From Coleofasciculus chthonoplastes F2-STO-03 (GTDB lineage: Bacteria > Cyanobacteriota > Cyanobacteriia > Cyanobacteriales > Coleofasciculaceae), in NCBI GenBank assembly GCA_040222015.1, contig JAVJWO010000137.1, forward strand, positions 1 through 47,103: a stretch of DNA of 47,103 nt, given 5' to 3'. Both the position numbers and the translations under genes were made by a program. Under the pieces are notes generated by a model, which had not been told where the DNA came from, ran no database searches, and saw nothing but the letters and a program-made list of their open reading frames with translations. This document shows, piece after piece, positions 17,983 through 27,580 of this stretch (the stretch's first letter is position 1; each line of letters opens with the position of its first letter).

Positions 17983-18972
17983 TTAGAAATTCATTTCAGC
18001 CGCTTGCACCTTTTCAATCTGCTTTTTCTTCAAGACAAGGAAGAGTTGAGAAAGCATAATCGCACCAATGAAGACCATTAGCCACTTAATCCGAGCTGGG
18101 TCTTGTAAGACAATTTCGCCGTCTACCTGACCAAATCCACCGACATTGGGATCAGTAGTTAACGCCTCACCTGCGGCGATCTCTTGTCCTTCGGAAACCA
18201 CCAATTCGGGTCCTGCAGGAATGGTATTTACAACGGTTTCACCCTCAGACGTTTGAACGGTAAGGTCGTAGCCGCCTTCTTCCAACTTGGTAATTTGAGA
18301 AATTAAACCGGCTTTTGTGGAATTGTAGACCGTGTTGTTACTCTTATTTCCAGCCGGGTAAACCTGACCGCGACCTCGGTTAGCGCCAACGTGAACAGAG
18401 TATTTGCCAAAATGGACGTCTTTTTCCGTTTTTGGATTCGGAGACAGAACCGGGAAAACAATTTCTTGATATTGTTCACCCGGTAGGGGACCAATAATAA
18501 CTACATTTTCCTGGTCAGCGCTATAGGGCTGGAAGTAAAGTCCGCCAACTTCTTCCTGTAATTCTTCAGGAATGCGGTCTTCGGGAGCAATTTTAAAGCC
18601 CTCGGGCAACATAACCACAGCGCCGACATTCAGACCGCCCTTGGAACCGTCTCCTAAGACCTGTTGGGTGTCAAGGTCATAGGGAATTTTTACCACGGCT
18701 TCAAAGACGGTATCTGGTTTAACCGATTGGGGAAGTTCCACTTCCGTGGGTTTCGCCGCGAGGTGACAGTTAGCACAAACAATCCGTCCAGTCGCTTCGC
18801 GGGGAGTTTCCGGGGCGGTTTGCTGCGCCCAGAACGGATAAGCCGCCGCCGATTGGGGAAGGGAAATATCACTAATGAAGAAAAATGCCGCTGTTGCCAA
18901 AGTCAGCAAGAGGGCTTGGGTAATAATCCGCTTGCTGCTTTTGTACATCACCAATAAAGAAGGTGTTCTCAT
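17983..18972 (-). CDS. petA: Apocytochrome f
   Basis: [25 protein letters not shown]-terminal [16 protein letters not shown]. Confidence 0.98.
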   Translation of the reverse strand: MRTPSLLVMYKSSKRIITQALLLTLATAAFFFISDISLPQSAAAYPFWAQQTAPETPREATGRIVCANCHLAAKPTEVELPQSVKPDTVFEAVVKIPYDLDTQQVLGDGSKGGLNVGAVVMLPEGFKIAPEDRIPEELQEEVGGLYFQPYSADQENVVIIGPLPGEQYQEIVFPVLSPNPKTEKDVHFGKYSVHVGANRGRGQVYPAGNKSNNTVYNSTKAGLISQITKLEEGGYDLTVQTSEGETVVNTIPAGPELVVSEGQEIAAGEALTTDPNVGGFGQVDGEIVLQDPARIKWLMVFIGAIMLSQLFLVLKKKQIEKVQAAEMNF

Positions 18973-19048
18973 CGCTTAAGGAAAAAATTCACAATTCAAA
19001 AATGGGCTATGTCATTTGCCCCTAAGTAAGGACAAATTACGAAAACAA

Positions 19049-19591
19049 TTAAGTCCACCAAGGATCGTCGTCCGTGCGGAAATCGGTTTCCGTCCACTGG
19101 GAAAAGGTCAGGTTATCGTCTGCGGTGACGTCCGCGTGAACCAAGGCTAAAGACAATGGAGCCGGTCCGCGTACCACTTTGCCCTGACTATTGTACTGAG
19201 AACCATGACAAGGACAGATGAATTTGTTCTCACTGGCATTCCAGGGAACCACACATCCCAGGTGAGTGCAGATCGCGTTGATCCCGTAGTCCGCGATCGC
19301 TTTGTCTTCGGTCACGACTACATAAGTGGGATCGCCTTTGAGTCCTTGAGCCAAGGTGCGATCGCCTGGGTTATGGCTGCTTAAAAATTCGCTAACCTGG
19401 ATATCATTGCCCAAAGCATCCTTAGCGGTGACACCACCGCCATCACTACCACTTGATGGGGGAATAAAATACTTGACGACTGGATAGAGAGCACCGACGA
19501 AAGTCCCCGTAATCGTACCAAACGTCAAGAGGTTCATAAATTGACGACGCCCCATATCGGGGACATCTGGGGAGCCAGACACTTGAGCCAT
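19049..19591 (-). CDS. petC: Cytochrome b6f Rieske iron-sulfur subunit
   Basis: [11 protein letters not shown]at motif; CTHLGC and CPCHGSQY. Confidence 0.98.
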   Translation of the reverse strand: MAQVSGSPDVPDMGRRQFMNLLTFGTITGTFVGALYPVVKYFIPPSSGSDGGGVTAKDALGNDIQVSEFLSSHNPGDRTLAQGLKGDPTYVVVTEDKAIADYGINAICTHLGCVVPWNASENKFICPCHGSQYNSQGKVVRGPAPLSLALVHADVTADDNLTFSQWTETDFRTDDDPWWT

Positions 19592-19790
19592 AACTGAACG
19601 CCTAAGGGTATATTTTTTTAAACAACTCTGGGATGATTCCCAGCATTTTCTTTACCCCGCTCCTTTTATGAAGAGGGATTCAACCGCGAGCAGGGTTGCC
19701 ACAATCCTTACTCACATAAGGATTTACGGCTTAAGCTATGAGTATTATTACATTCTTTGTACCGTTCTCATAAAGTCAAGAAACTTTATC

Positions 19791-19808
19791 TATGTAAAGA
19801 AATGTAAA
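19791..19808 (-). promoter_or_regulatory. HLR1 (RpaB-binding) site
   Basis: Minus strand TTTACATT-TC-TTTACATA matches (G/T)TTACA(T/A)(T/A)-N2 direct repeat. Confidence 0.6.
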
Positions 19809-19830
19809 CAATCAGACAGGTCAAGGATTT

Positions 19831-20148
19831 ATGACAGGACAAGAGTTGCACCAAATCCTGCTGAGTAAGTGGGGACGCTCTTATGACATCCAGCTTCGGC
19901 GGACTCAGGGAAAAATCTTTGTTCAGGTGATGTGGAAGTACCTAGAGCAGAAGTCGTTTCCCCTGTCCGAAGTCGAGTATCTAGAGCATCTAGACGCCAT
20001 TGCCCATTATCTTAATGGTTGGGGTGCGGTTCCCCAAGTGCAAGAGTACATCGAGCAAACTCGTGAACGTCCCCGACTCGGAAAAGCCGTGAGCATTCCG
20101 ATTGAGATGGGGGAACGGGCGTCGGAATGGATGTTGGATGATTTCTAG
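19831..20148 (+). CDS. DUF3067 family protein
   Basis: KWGRSYDIQL, QVMWKYLEQKSFPL, RPRLGKAVSIP; typical divergent neighbour of petC. Confidence 0.85.
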   Translation: MTGQELHQILLSKWGRSYDIQLRRTQGKIFVQVMWKYLEQKSFPLSEVEYLEHLDAIAHYLNGWGAVPQVQEYIEQTRERPRLGKAVSIPIEMGERASEWMLDDF

Positions 20149-20260
20149 GAGGCAGGAGGCAGAAGGCTGGTGGGGACCTCATGCTTAGGTTAACGGAGTG
20201 CGTAGGCGAACGCGAGTGCGTTCCTCAGGAAAGCCTGTCGTAGACATCCCTTTTTGTTTT

Positions 20261-20350
20261 AGGATTTACGCAAAGCCTCTATGTGTAGGGTGTGTTAGCG
20301 AAGCGTAACGCACCGCAAGCCCCCATCTGTGGTGTAACTGCGTAAGTCCT
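20261..20350. mobile_element. Short TIR-bounded element enclosing a GTAG REP
   Basis: AGGATTTACGCA ... TGCGTAAGTCCT ends; internal GTAGGGTGTGTTAGCGAAGCGTAACGCACC; extra TGCGTAAGTCCT at 20514-20525. Confidence 0.6.
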
Positions 20351-20546
20351 GTGTTTGATTTATTTACAGGAGAGCCAAGAGGGATGTTGGTAAAGTCTGC
20401 TATAATATTTAGCACATATCCACAGGTAAGGTAATTCTGGCATTCTAGGCGATCACGTTGGCGTAGACGGCGCCTTAGCACATAGAACTCAAACCATTGC
20501 TACACCGTTACAATGCGTAAGTCCTGATGTAGTAATGTGAAATCAA

Positions 20547-20804
20547 ATGCCAACAGTTTTATATATAAAGGGGTGGCGATTTTTCTTTTATTCAGATGAA
20601 GGAAATGAGCCGATTCATATTCATGTACAGAAAGGAGACAGTGAATGCAAATATTGGTTAGACATCGAGCTGTACGAAATTCGTGAAGCTTATTCCTATA
20701 GAATGTCATCGCGAGATACGCGAGAAGTCAAGAAGATAATCTGGCAAAACTTTGATGAAATAGTAGATGAATGGCAAAGATTTAAGAATCAACAAAATGG
20801 ATAA
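20547..20804 (+). CDS. DUF4160 family protein (putative toxin of DUF4160/DUF2442 pair)
   Basis: MPTV..GWRFFFYSDEGNEPIHIHV.KG..CKYWL. Confidence 0.85.
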   Translation: MPTVLYIKGWRFFFYSDEGNEPIHIHVQKGDSECKYWLDIELYEIREAYSYRMSSRDTREVKKIIWQNFDEIVDEWQRFKNQQNG

Positions 20805-21042
20805 GGAATACAACATATCAAACATTGAATTTAGTGAAGAATTTATCGTTATAGCAGTAGATGGAAAAACCTATAAAATCCCAATTGTCAAAGCATCTAA
20901 GCGACTAGCTGAAGCAACAGATATAGAGCGGAAAATGTATCGGATTTCTCCATCGGGTTATGGTATTCATTGGTATGCGATTGATGAAGATTTGACAACT
21001 AAAGGATTAATCAAACTAGCCGAGATCGCCAAGACAGCTTAA
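20797..21042 (+). CDS. DUF2442 family protein (putative antitoxin)
   Basis: RL..AT..ER..Y.ISPSGYGIHW..IDEDL; ATG 20797 overlaps upstream stop. Confidence 0.85.
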   Translation: MDKEYNISNIEFSEEFIVIAVDGKTYKIPIVKASKRLAEATDIERKMYRISPSGYGIHWYAIDEDLTTKGLIKLAEIAKTA

Positions 21043-21125
21043 AGCGCTATGCCTGCGGCGGGTGTAGTCATCGCCCATCACCCCAAATAAGGTGCTAGCT
21101 TTGTCGGGGTTTGGTGACCAAACCC

Positions 21126-21431
21126 CTACGAGCGGATGGGATTATGAACGGTGACGAGTTTCGTCCCATCGGGAAACGTGGCTTCAACCTGGACTTCCTG
21201 CACCATCTCTGGTATGCCTTCCATAACATCATCCCGTGTGAGGAGAGTGGTGCAATCACTCATTAACTCCGCCACCGTGCGCCCCTCTCTCGCCCCTTCT
21301 AAAATAGCCGCCGAAATATAGGCGACGGCTTCGGGATAATTCAGTTTGAGTCCGCGTGCTTTGCGTCGTTCCGCTAATAGGGCGGCGGTGAACACCAGTA
21401 GTTTATCTTTTTCCTGGGGTGAGAGTTGCAT
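21126..21431 (-). CDS. ureA: Urease gamma subunit
   Basis: [38 protein letters not shown]. Confidence 0.97.
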   Translation of the reverse strand: MQLSPQEKDKLLVFTAALLAERRKARGLKLNYPEAVAYISAAILEGAREGRTVAELMSDCTTLLTRDDVMEGIPEMVQEVQVEATFPDGTKLVTVHNPIRS

Positions 21432-21591
21432 AATGACTTGTCTATCTTGATCTTGGTGCTATAGCAAAAGGCATAACGCAGAAGGCTCCAGGGCATAAGC
21501 CAGGAAGCTTCCGGGCAGATGACTACACTTGTTTATAGTATCTTCTTTTTCACCTATTTTTAACTGATGGGTCTGTTCAAGCCACGTTACA

Positions 21592-22602
21592 CTAGTCTTT
21601 TCCCTTCATTTCATTGATTTCAAACAAACTGATCATAACTCCAGCTAAAGGAATTGCCAGAAAAACTCCCAGAAGTCCGGCAACTCTCGCACCTACTAAT
21701 AAAGCAAAGAACATGACAACTGGATTCATATCAAGTGAGCCTTGCATAATTCGAGGCATCAGCAAATTCTCTTCGACTTGTTGTAAAGTTACACAAATCG
21801 CTAAAACAGTGATACTTAGCAAAATTCCTTGAGGTAACACAATTAATGCGACAATGGTAATCCCTAAGGTTGCGCCAATTGCCGGAATCAGATCAAACAC
21901 TCCCGCGATCGCGGCTAAAACCAAGGCATAGGGAATTCTAAACAATACAAAAATAACAAAGGCAGAAATGCCAAAAAAAGCTGATAGTAGAAGTCGTCCC
22001 CAAAAAAATCCTAAAAAGTTGCGTTGAATAGCAAGGTTTAGCTTATTTCGGAGGGGAGGGGGAAATCGTTGAAGAATGAAAGACCAAAGCCTTCCTCTAT
22101 CTAGCAACATAAAAAATGCGACAACAGCAATCAAGATGAGATTGGCGAACTGGGTTAGTAATTCGGATAATATTGCTAAAATAATGGCAATTCCTGCAAG
22201 AATTTGATTGCGTAAAAATTCTTCAATTGCTTCGAGGTCAATTTGGAGATTCCATCTATCCAGAAACCTCTCAATTTTTCCTCCTATAAATATAACTTGA
22301 TCAATAATCCCCGGTAATTCATTGATTAATTGTTGACCTTGAGATAATAGTGCAAACCCTATTGTAACTGTAAAAACAAAAACTATAACAATGAGAATTA
22401 AAAATACCACAGCAACGGCAACAGTATGTGGGACAAAATGCTGCAACCATCTCACTGGATAGGTGAGCAAAAATGCTAATACTGCGGCTAATGCAAAAAT
22501 AACTATAACGGTTTCAAAATAAACAATGAATTTGAAAAAAGTCACTCCTAAAATAATTAAAAGCAAATATCGAATTAATTCATGGTTAGTTAAATTAATC
22601 AT
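21592..22602 (-). CDS. AI-2E (PerM) family transporter
   Basis: LAFLLTYPV, DLIPAIGA, QQVEENLLMPRIM..MNPV, GVFLAIPLA. Confidence 0.88.
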   Translation of the reverse strand: MINLTNHELIRYLLLIILGVTFFKFIVYFETVIVIFALAAVLAFLLTYPVRWLQHFVPHTVAVAVVFLILIVIVFVFTVTIGFALLSQGQQLINELPGIIDQVIFIGGKIERFLDRWNLQIDLEAIEEFLRNQILAGIAIILAILSELLTQFANLILIAVVAFFMLLDRGRLWSFILQRFPPPLRNKLNLAIQRNFLGFFWGRLLLSAFFGISAFVIFVLFRIPYALVLAAIAGVFDLIPAIGATLGITIVALIVLPQGILLSITVLAICVTLQQVEENLLMPRIMQGSLDMNPVVMFFALLVGARVAGLLGVFLAIPLAGVMISLFEINEMKGKD

Positions 22603-22844
22603 AAATATAATCGATTAATTGGTGTTGAACTCATGCTACATTTACCGAAGCATCTAAAATTATTTTATTGTCACATTTATCTTTTAAGATTAGTCTAATT
22701 TTCCTTGGATTGACGAGAAATATTTCTATACGACCCAGTGGGGTGATTGGTGATAATGTGGTCTTTCTAGTTTAAGGGCAAAATTATCCCACTTATCCAG
22801 AGGGTACTGTCCTTTGAGACAGGGTGTAGCTTTCAGCGTTTTGG

Positions 22845-23687
22845 CTAAACTAGCCAAACCCGTGGTTGGGAAACATTCCGTCCCAAATAAGTAAGGCGCA
22901 GACATTGCCAAACCTGGGTAAACCAGTTTCGCACCTCTGTGGTTGATGAACCGCGATAACGGCATACTAATCCTTGGTTCTGAGTTTGGCTCACTCCCGC
23001 TTCTCCTTGGCGTTGGCTGGCTGTCCACAGGCTTCTGGCATTATCTACGATCGCGGATGATACGGGTGGTCCCATCCAGATCAGGGTTCCGACAATTGGT
23101 TGTCCGGCTAATCCATGGGGACTATCGAGTACCGCTTCCCCTCCCGGTAACCACTGACGATCAATCCACAATGGGTGTCCTTGCTGCCAGATTTCGGTAT
23201 GCGATCGCCAATCCCCTTGTAAGAACCTTTCCTTCCTGGCAGTACGCCCAAATCGGGTAATCTCCCAAGCTAACCAACTGGCTCCTGGAGCTAATTCTAC
23301 CGTCATCTGCTGCTGATAAACCGCACCATTAAATACAATTGTTTCCTGAGGTAACCATTCCAAACAAGCCCCCGCCTCGACGTGGATATGAATCTGTTGT
23401 TTGGCTCTTTGTCCGTTGCTGCGATAGATTTTACTTGCCGCCGCCGTGGTAATCAAGGCTTGAGCATTTTCTTGAAGGTGGATGGTTTGTGACAAGCGAT
23501 CGCCACCGACAATACCTCCGGCTGTATGTAAGACGACGGTATGACAAACCCCTTGTCCTTCTGGGTAAAAGGGGCGCTGCACCTTCAGAGGGGAAGTTAT
23601 GCGATCGCGCACTAAGCGGGTTTTACCTTGATTATTGGCATAGACTAACTCTAAACTGCCTTGCCATTCTGTTTGGGGATGAGACAT
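22845..23687 (-). CDS. ureD: Urease accessory protein UreD
   Basis: PLKVQRPFYPEG, HTAGGIVGGD, TTAAASKIY, LEWLPQETIVF, PRVW. Confidence 0.95.
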   Translation of the reverse strand: MSHPQTEWQGSLELVYANNQGKTRLVRDRITSPLKVQRPFYPEGQGVCHTVVLHTAGGIVGGDRLSQTIHLQENAQALITTAAASKIYRSNGQRAKQQIHIHVEAGACLEWLPQETIVFNGAVYQQQMTVELAPGASWLAWEITRFGRTARKERFLQGDWRSHTEIWQQGHPLWIDRQWLPGGEAVLDSPHGLAGQPIVGTLIWMGPPVSSAIVDNARSLWTASQRQGEAGVSQTQNQGLVCRYRGSSTTEVRNWFTQVWQCLRLTYLGRNVSQPRVWLV

Positions 23688-23849
23688 TCAGTTTCACGAC
23701 GAGCAAGCGTTAGTCAGAATCATACAAGCGATCGCGCACTGATTCTGGGGAACAAAGACGGTAATGGGTTGTCAATTCGGTATCCTTAGTTTAAGATTAA
23801 ACTTTTATTGGAGTTATAAAATTCATTGTGGTGTTTCCAATTCTGCTTC

Positions 23850-23865
23850 TGTAGCGCCCTATACA
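23850..23865. promoter_or_regulatory. Candidate NtcA-binding site between divergent ureD and FAAL
   Basis: TGTA-GCGCCCTA-TACA = TGTA-N8-TACA. Confidence 0.5.
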
Positions 23866-23909
23866 ATCAATTATGATGATGAATGCCATGAATGAATTGA
23901 TGGAGGAAA

Positions 23910-25766
23910 ATGATCTTGCCAAAACGTGAGTTCATTAATCCTGCTCTTAAGAGTCAAATAACGCACTCGTCCAAAAATTTTCCAGAAAATTACACCAGCT
24001 TTTCCACATTGGTGGAACTTTTGCGCCACAGAAGCGCTACACAGCCACAGGGAAAGGCTTTCACGTTCCTAGGAGACGGGAAAACCGAGTTAGCGAGTTT
24101 AACCTATCAAGAATTAGATCAGTGCAGTTGTGCGATCGCGCAAGCACTAAGCCGTCAGTTTTCTGCTGGTGCGAGGGCGTTGCTGCTGTATCCACCAGGG
24201 TTGGAATTCATTACCGCTTTCTTTGGCTGTTTGTATGCCGGAGTTGTCGCGGTTCCCGCTTATCCACCCAAGCGCAATCAGAATCTGTTACGGTTGCAGG
24301 CGATCGCCAAAGATGCTCAAGCCCAAGTCGCGCTGACGAGTGCTTCCTTATTGGGGACGATCAAACGTCAGTTTGAGCAGAATTCAGAATTGGCAAGGCT
24401 GAACTGTCTGGCTACCGACACCTTGGTGGAGAGTGAAAATTTTACTCCTGATCCAGCCACACCAGAAACTCTGGCTTTTCTTCAATACACTTCGGGTTCG
24501 ACGGGAACACCCAAGGGTGTGATGGTGAGTCATGGCAACCTGATGCGTAATTCCGAGTATATGCACCAGATTTGGGGGTTCACGTCAAAAAGCGTCATGG
24601 TAACCTGGCTGCCGATGTTCCATGATATGGGATTGATTTATGGAATTCTTCAGCCCTTGTATCATGGGTTTCCCTGTTACCTGATCGCACCGACTTCCTT
24701 TATGCAAAAACCGATTGGCTGGCTTGAGGCAATTTCTCACTACAAAGCCACTCATAGTGCTGCTCCTAATTTTGCCTACGAACTTTGTGTTCGCAAGATC
24801 ACTCCCGAACAACGCGCCACCTTGGATTTGAGTAGCTTGCAAATGACGTTAAACGGTGCTGAGCCAGTCAGAGCAGACACTCTAAAACGGTTTACTGAAG
24901 CGTTTAAACCCTGCGGTTTTGAACTAGCCACCTTTTGTCCCGGTTACGGTTTAGCTGAAGCGACGTTATTCGTGGCTGCAGTGCAACACCAAAAAGTGCC
25001 GAGGTTTTACACAGTTCAGGCAGAAGCACTGGCACAGAATCAGGTAATAGAGGGTAAAAGTGAGGAGAAAGTACAAACTTTTGTAAGTCAAGGACAGCCG
25101 GGAATTGATATCAAAGTCGTCATCGTTCATCCCGAATCATTCACTCAATGTTTGCCAACAGAGGTTGGCGAAATTTGGGTTTCTGGCTCTGGTGTTGCTC
25201 AAGGATACTGGCAGCGAACCGAGGAAACCCAGCAAACGTTTGCGGCTTATTTGGCAGATACAAAAGAAGGACCATTTCTACGCACGGGAGATCTGGGTTT
25301 TATCAAAGATGGCGAGTTATTTATTACGGGTAGGCTTAAGGATGTAATTATCATTCGCGGTCAAAACCACTATCCTCAAGATATTGAAGCCACAGTGGAA
25401 CAGAGCCACCCAGCACTCAGAATGGGTTGTGGCGCCGCTTTTACAGTAGAAGTCAACAATGAAGAGCGCATTGTCGTCGTTCAGGAAGTCGAGCGCACCT
25501 TCCGGCGGACGTTGGATGTGGAGAAGGTGGTGAGAGCGATACGCAAGGCTGTGGTGCAGCAACACGAATTGCACGTTTATGCAATAGCACTGATTAAGAC
25601 AGGAAGTATTCCCAAAACTTCTAGTGGCAAGATTCAGCGCCGTACTTGTCGGGTAAAATTTTTAGAGGGAACGTTGGATGTATTGGCTTCAAGTCATGGA
25701 CATAGAGAATTACCCAAACAGGATAGTGTAAGCGACAAGCCACTTACTAAAGTTGATTCATCTTAG
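23910..25766 (+). CDS. Fatty acyl-AMP ligase (FAAL)
   Basis: YPPGLEFITAFFGCLYAGVVAVPAYPP, LAFLQYTSGSTGTPKG, YGLAEATL plus FAAL-type insertion, IPKTSSGKIQR. Confidence 0.93.
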   Translation: MILPKREFINPALKSQITHSSKNFPENYTSFSTLVELLRHRSATQPQGKAFTFLGDGKTELASLTYQELDQCSCAIAQALSRQFSAGARALLLYPPGLEFITAFFGCLYAGVVAVPAYPPKRNQNLLRLQAIAKDAQAQVALTSASLLGTIKRQFEQNSELARLNCLATDTLVESENFTPDPATPETLAFLQYTSGSTGTPKGVMVSHGNLMRNSEYMHQIWGFTSKSVMVTWLPMFHDMGLIYGILQPLYHGFPCYLIAPTSFMQKPIGWLEAISHYKATHSAAPNFAYELCVRKITPEQRATLDLSSLQMTLNGAEPVRADTLKRFTEAFKPCGFELATFCPGYGLAEATLFVAAVQHQKVPRFYTVQAEALAQNQVIEGKSEEKVQTFVSQGQPGIDIKVVIVHPESFTQCLPTEVGEIWVSGSGVAQGYWQRTEETQQTFAAYLADTKEGPFLRTGDLGFIKDGELFITGRLKDVIIIRGQNHYPQDIEATVEQSHPALRMGCGAAFTVEVNNEERIVVVQEVERTFRRTLDVEKVVRAIRKAVVQQHELHVYAIALIKTGSIPKTSSGKIQRRTCRVKFLEGTLDVLASSHGHRELPKQDSVSDKPLTKVDSS

Positions 25767-25841
25767 GTTGTTTGTGAGTTTAATATGGAAGTGTTTAGAC
25801 TTAAGTGATTGGTTTAAATTAAAAAGGAGTCAATTGACCCA

Positions 25842-26108
25842 ATGCGTACAGAAACAGAAAATAACAAAAAAGTCCTCTCGGCTACTGAAATTCAAAACTG
25901 GTTAGTTTCTTATATGGCAGAACTCATGGAGGTTGATCACGATGAAATTGATATTAAGGTTCCATTCGATGAATATGGGCTAGATTCTTCAATGTCCGTA
26001 ACGATGGTAGCCGACTTAGAGGCATGGCTAGGACGTACTCTCGAACCAACCCTAATCTATGATTACCCAACCCTTGAAAAGTTAGCTCGGCACGTCAGCC
26101 AGGTTTGA
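25842..26108 (+). CDS. Stand-alone acyl carrier protein
   Basis: YGLDS phosphopantetheine motif; YDYPTLEKLA. Confidence 0.93.
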   Translation: MRTETENNKKVLSATEIQNWLVSYMAELMEVDHDEIDIKVPFDEYGLDSSMSVTMVADLEAWLGRTLEPTLIYDYPTLEKLARHVSQV

Positions 26109-26184
26109 GCGTTTGGCAAACTAACCGTTAGCATTAAGTAGGGTTTTGATTGATATTTAAAATTGAAGTGCTCGATTAAACCTA

Positions 26185-27567
26185 ATGAAAGAACAGATCA
26201 TGATGGATAATACCCAAATACCTGATACCAAAAAGCAACCGTCCAGCAAGGCGAGAAAGCGTCATCTCAAAGTCAATGAAATCAACTATAGCAACAACCT
26301 TGAGTCTGACTACACAGAAAAAATAGAAGCGCTGGAAAAAAGCTTTGATTATGCTAGCAACAGCACTTGTTATTGGAGTAAACCAGAATTGTCAATTTTC
26401 TATGGTACTCCACTTTATCAAGGGGCTTCAGAATCCCAAAAGCTGGCTCTCAATCACTTATATTGGGGTGCCCATTATGACCATACGGCTGCTTCTGAAG
26501 CGAATACCATCCATTATAATCAAGTCACCGCAGGCGTTTTTTCCCAAATTAGTGATGACTATGAAGCACTGTGCTTAAATCTGAAGCACGAAGCCGAGCA
26601 AGAAAAATACCACATTCACGCTTTTCACAACATTGGTTATAAGACGAAAACAGCGTTGTTGGGAAAGCGAGTTATGAGGATGAAACTCAATAATAATTCT
26701 CGTTACAACAAAAGTGGCAAATTGCCAGAGATTGTTAAATCCCGTTTAGGCTCATCAAATTTTCAATATAATAGTTTGCGCTACTTAAGCAAAGTGATGC
26801 TGAGCAGCGAAACCTATCGTTACTCTCAATATTTGCAGGATTTCGACAAAAAAGGAGAGTCTTTAACGGCTCTAACTAAAGGTTATGTTGGGGGAAGTAT
26901 CCCCCAGACTTTGGTACAGTTTTTCACCTTTTGTTGGGGTAGTTCGCCTTTCCTAGCCTGCCAGTATTATGCCTACCGCTATGCGGGAAATGCGGTTTTA
27001 AAAAATTACGAGTATGAATACTCTGAGTATTTCAGAAAGTTAGAAAAAGATAGCAAATGTACTTCAGTTCCACCAGCCGTTTCCCATTATCATTTTTTAG
27101 ATGAATCTTTCCATACCACAACGTCACAGATAATTGCTCGAGATATGTACAAAGACTTTGGTAAGCCAACAACGAGCGAGAAAGTCATTGCTAACTTGAT
27201 ATTTTACCTGATGCAACGTGGCTTTTTAGGGGGGATTGCTAGTAGCTTAATCGGTTCATTTAGGGATGAATCCTCGCTCATGCCCCTGTACTACAGAATC
27301 CTACGCTCTCCAGTATTTGATATGTCTGCCCAAGACGCGCTCCACTGGATGGAAAAATGTTTGTGCCATGAACATGAAGGTTTTCATCTGCAAACAAAGT
27401 ATCATCAACGAGCCATGAAAAATATTGGTCAGCTTGCCAGTAGTCTTGACTACCTGTGGCCCATAAACCGTGAAATGCGAATAATGGCATCAGGAGGCTC
27501 GATTAGTAAGGCAATTGAAAGTAACGTCAAGGCACTCAAGCAGTTCTCCCAGATAGCGGTTGTATAA
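26185..27567 (+). CDS. CylC-type dimetal-carboxylate halogenase (AurF-like fold)
   Basis: HTAASEANT..YNQVT, EAEQEKYHIHAF, WGSSPFLACQYY, HYHFLDESFHTTTSQ; follows FAAL-ACP as in cylABC. Confidence 0.82.
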   Translation: MKEQIMMDNTQIPDTKKQPSSKARKRHLKVNEINYSNNLESDYTEKIEALEKSFDYASNSTCYWSKPELSIFYGTPLYQGASESQKLALNHLYWGAHYDHTAASEANTIHYNQVTAGVFSQISDDYEALCLNLKHEAEQEKYHIHAFHNIGYKTKTALLGKRVMRMKLNNNSRYNKSGKLPEIVKSRLGSSNFQYNSLRYLSKVMLSSETYRYSQYLQDFDKKGESLTALTKGYVGGSIPQTLVQFFTFCWGSSPFLACQYYAYRYAGNAVLKNYEYEYSEYFRKLEKDSKCTSVPPAVSHYHFLDESFHTTTSQIIARDMYKDFGKPTTSEKVIANLIFYLMQRGFLGGIASSLIGSFRDESSLMPLYYRILRSPVFDMSAQDALHWMEKCLCHEHEGFHLQTKYHQRAMKNIGQLASSLDYLWPINREMRIMASGGSISKAIESNVKALKQFSQIAVV

Positions 27568-27580
27568 GTAGAAGTTCTAA

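Noticed and set aside
26185..27567. AurF N-oxygenase assignment
   Set aside because: FAAL-ACP context and extended motifs fit CylC-type halogenases; no aryl-amine supply genes in window
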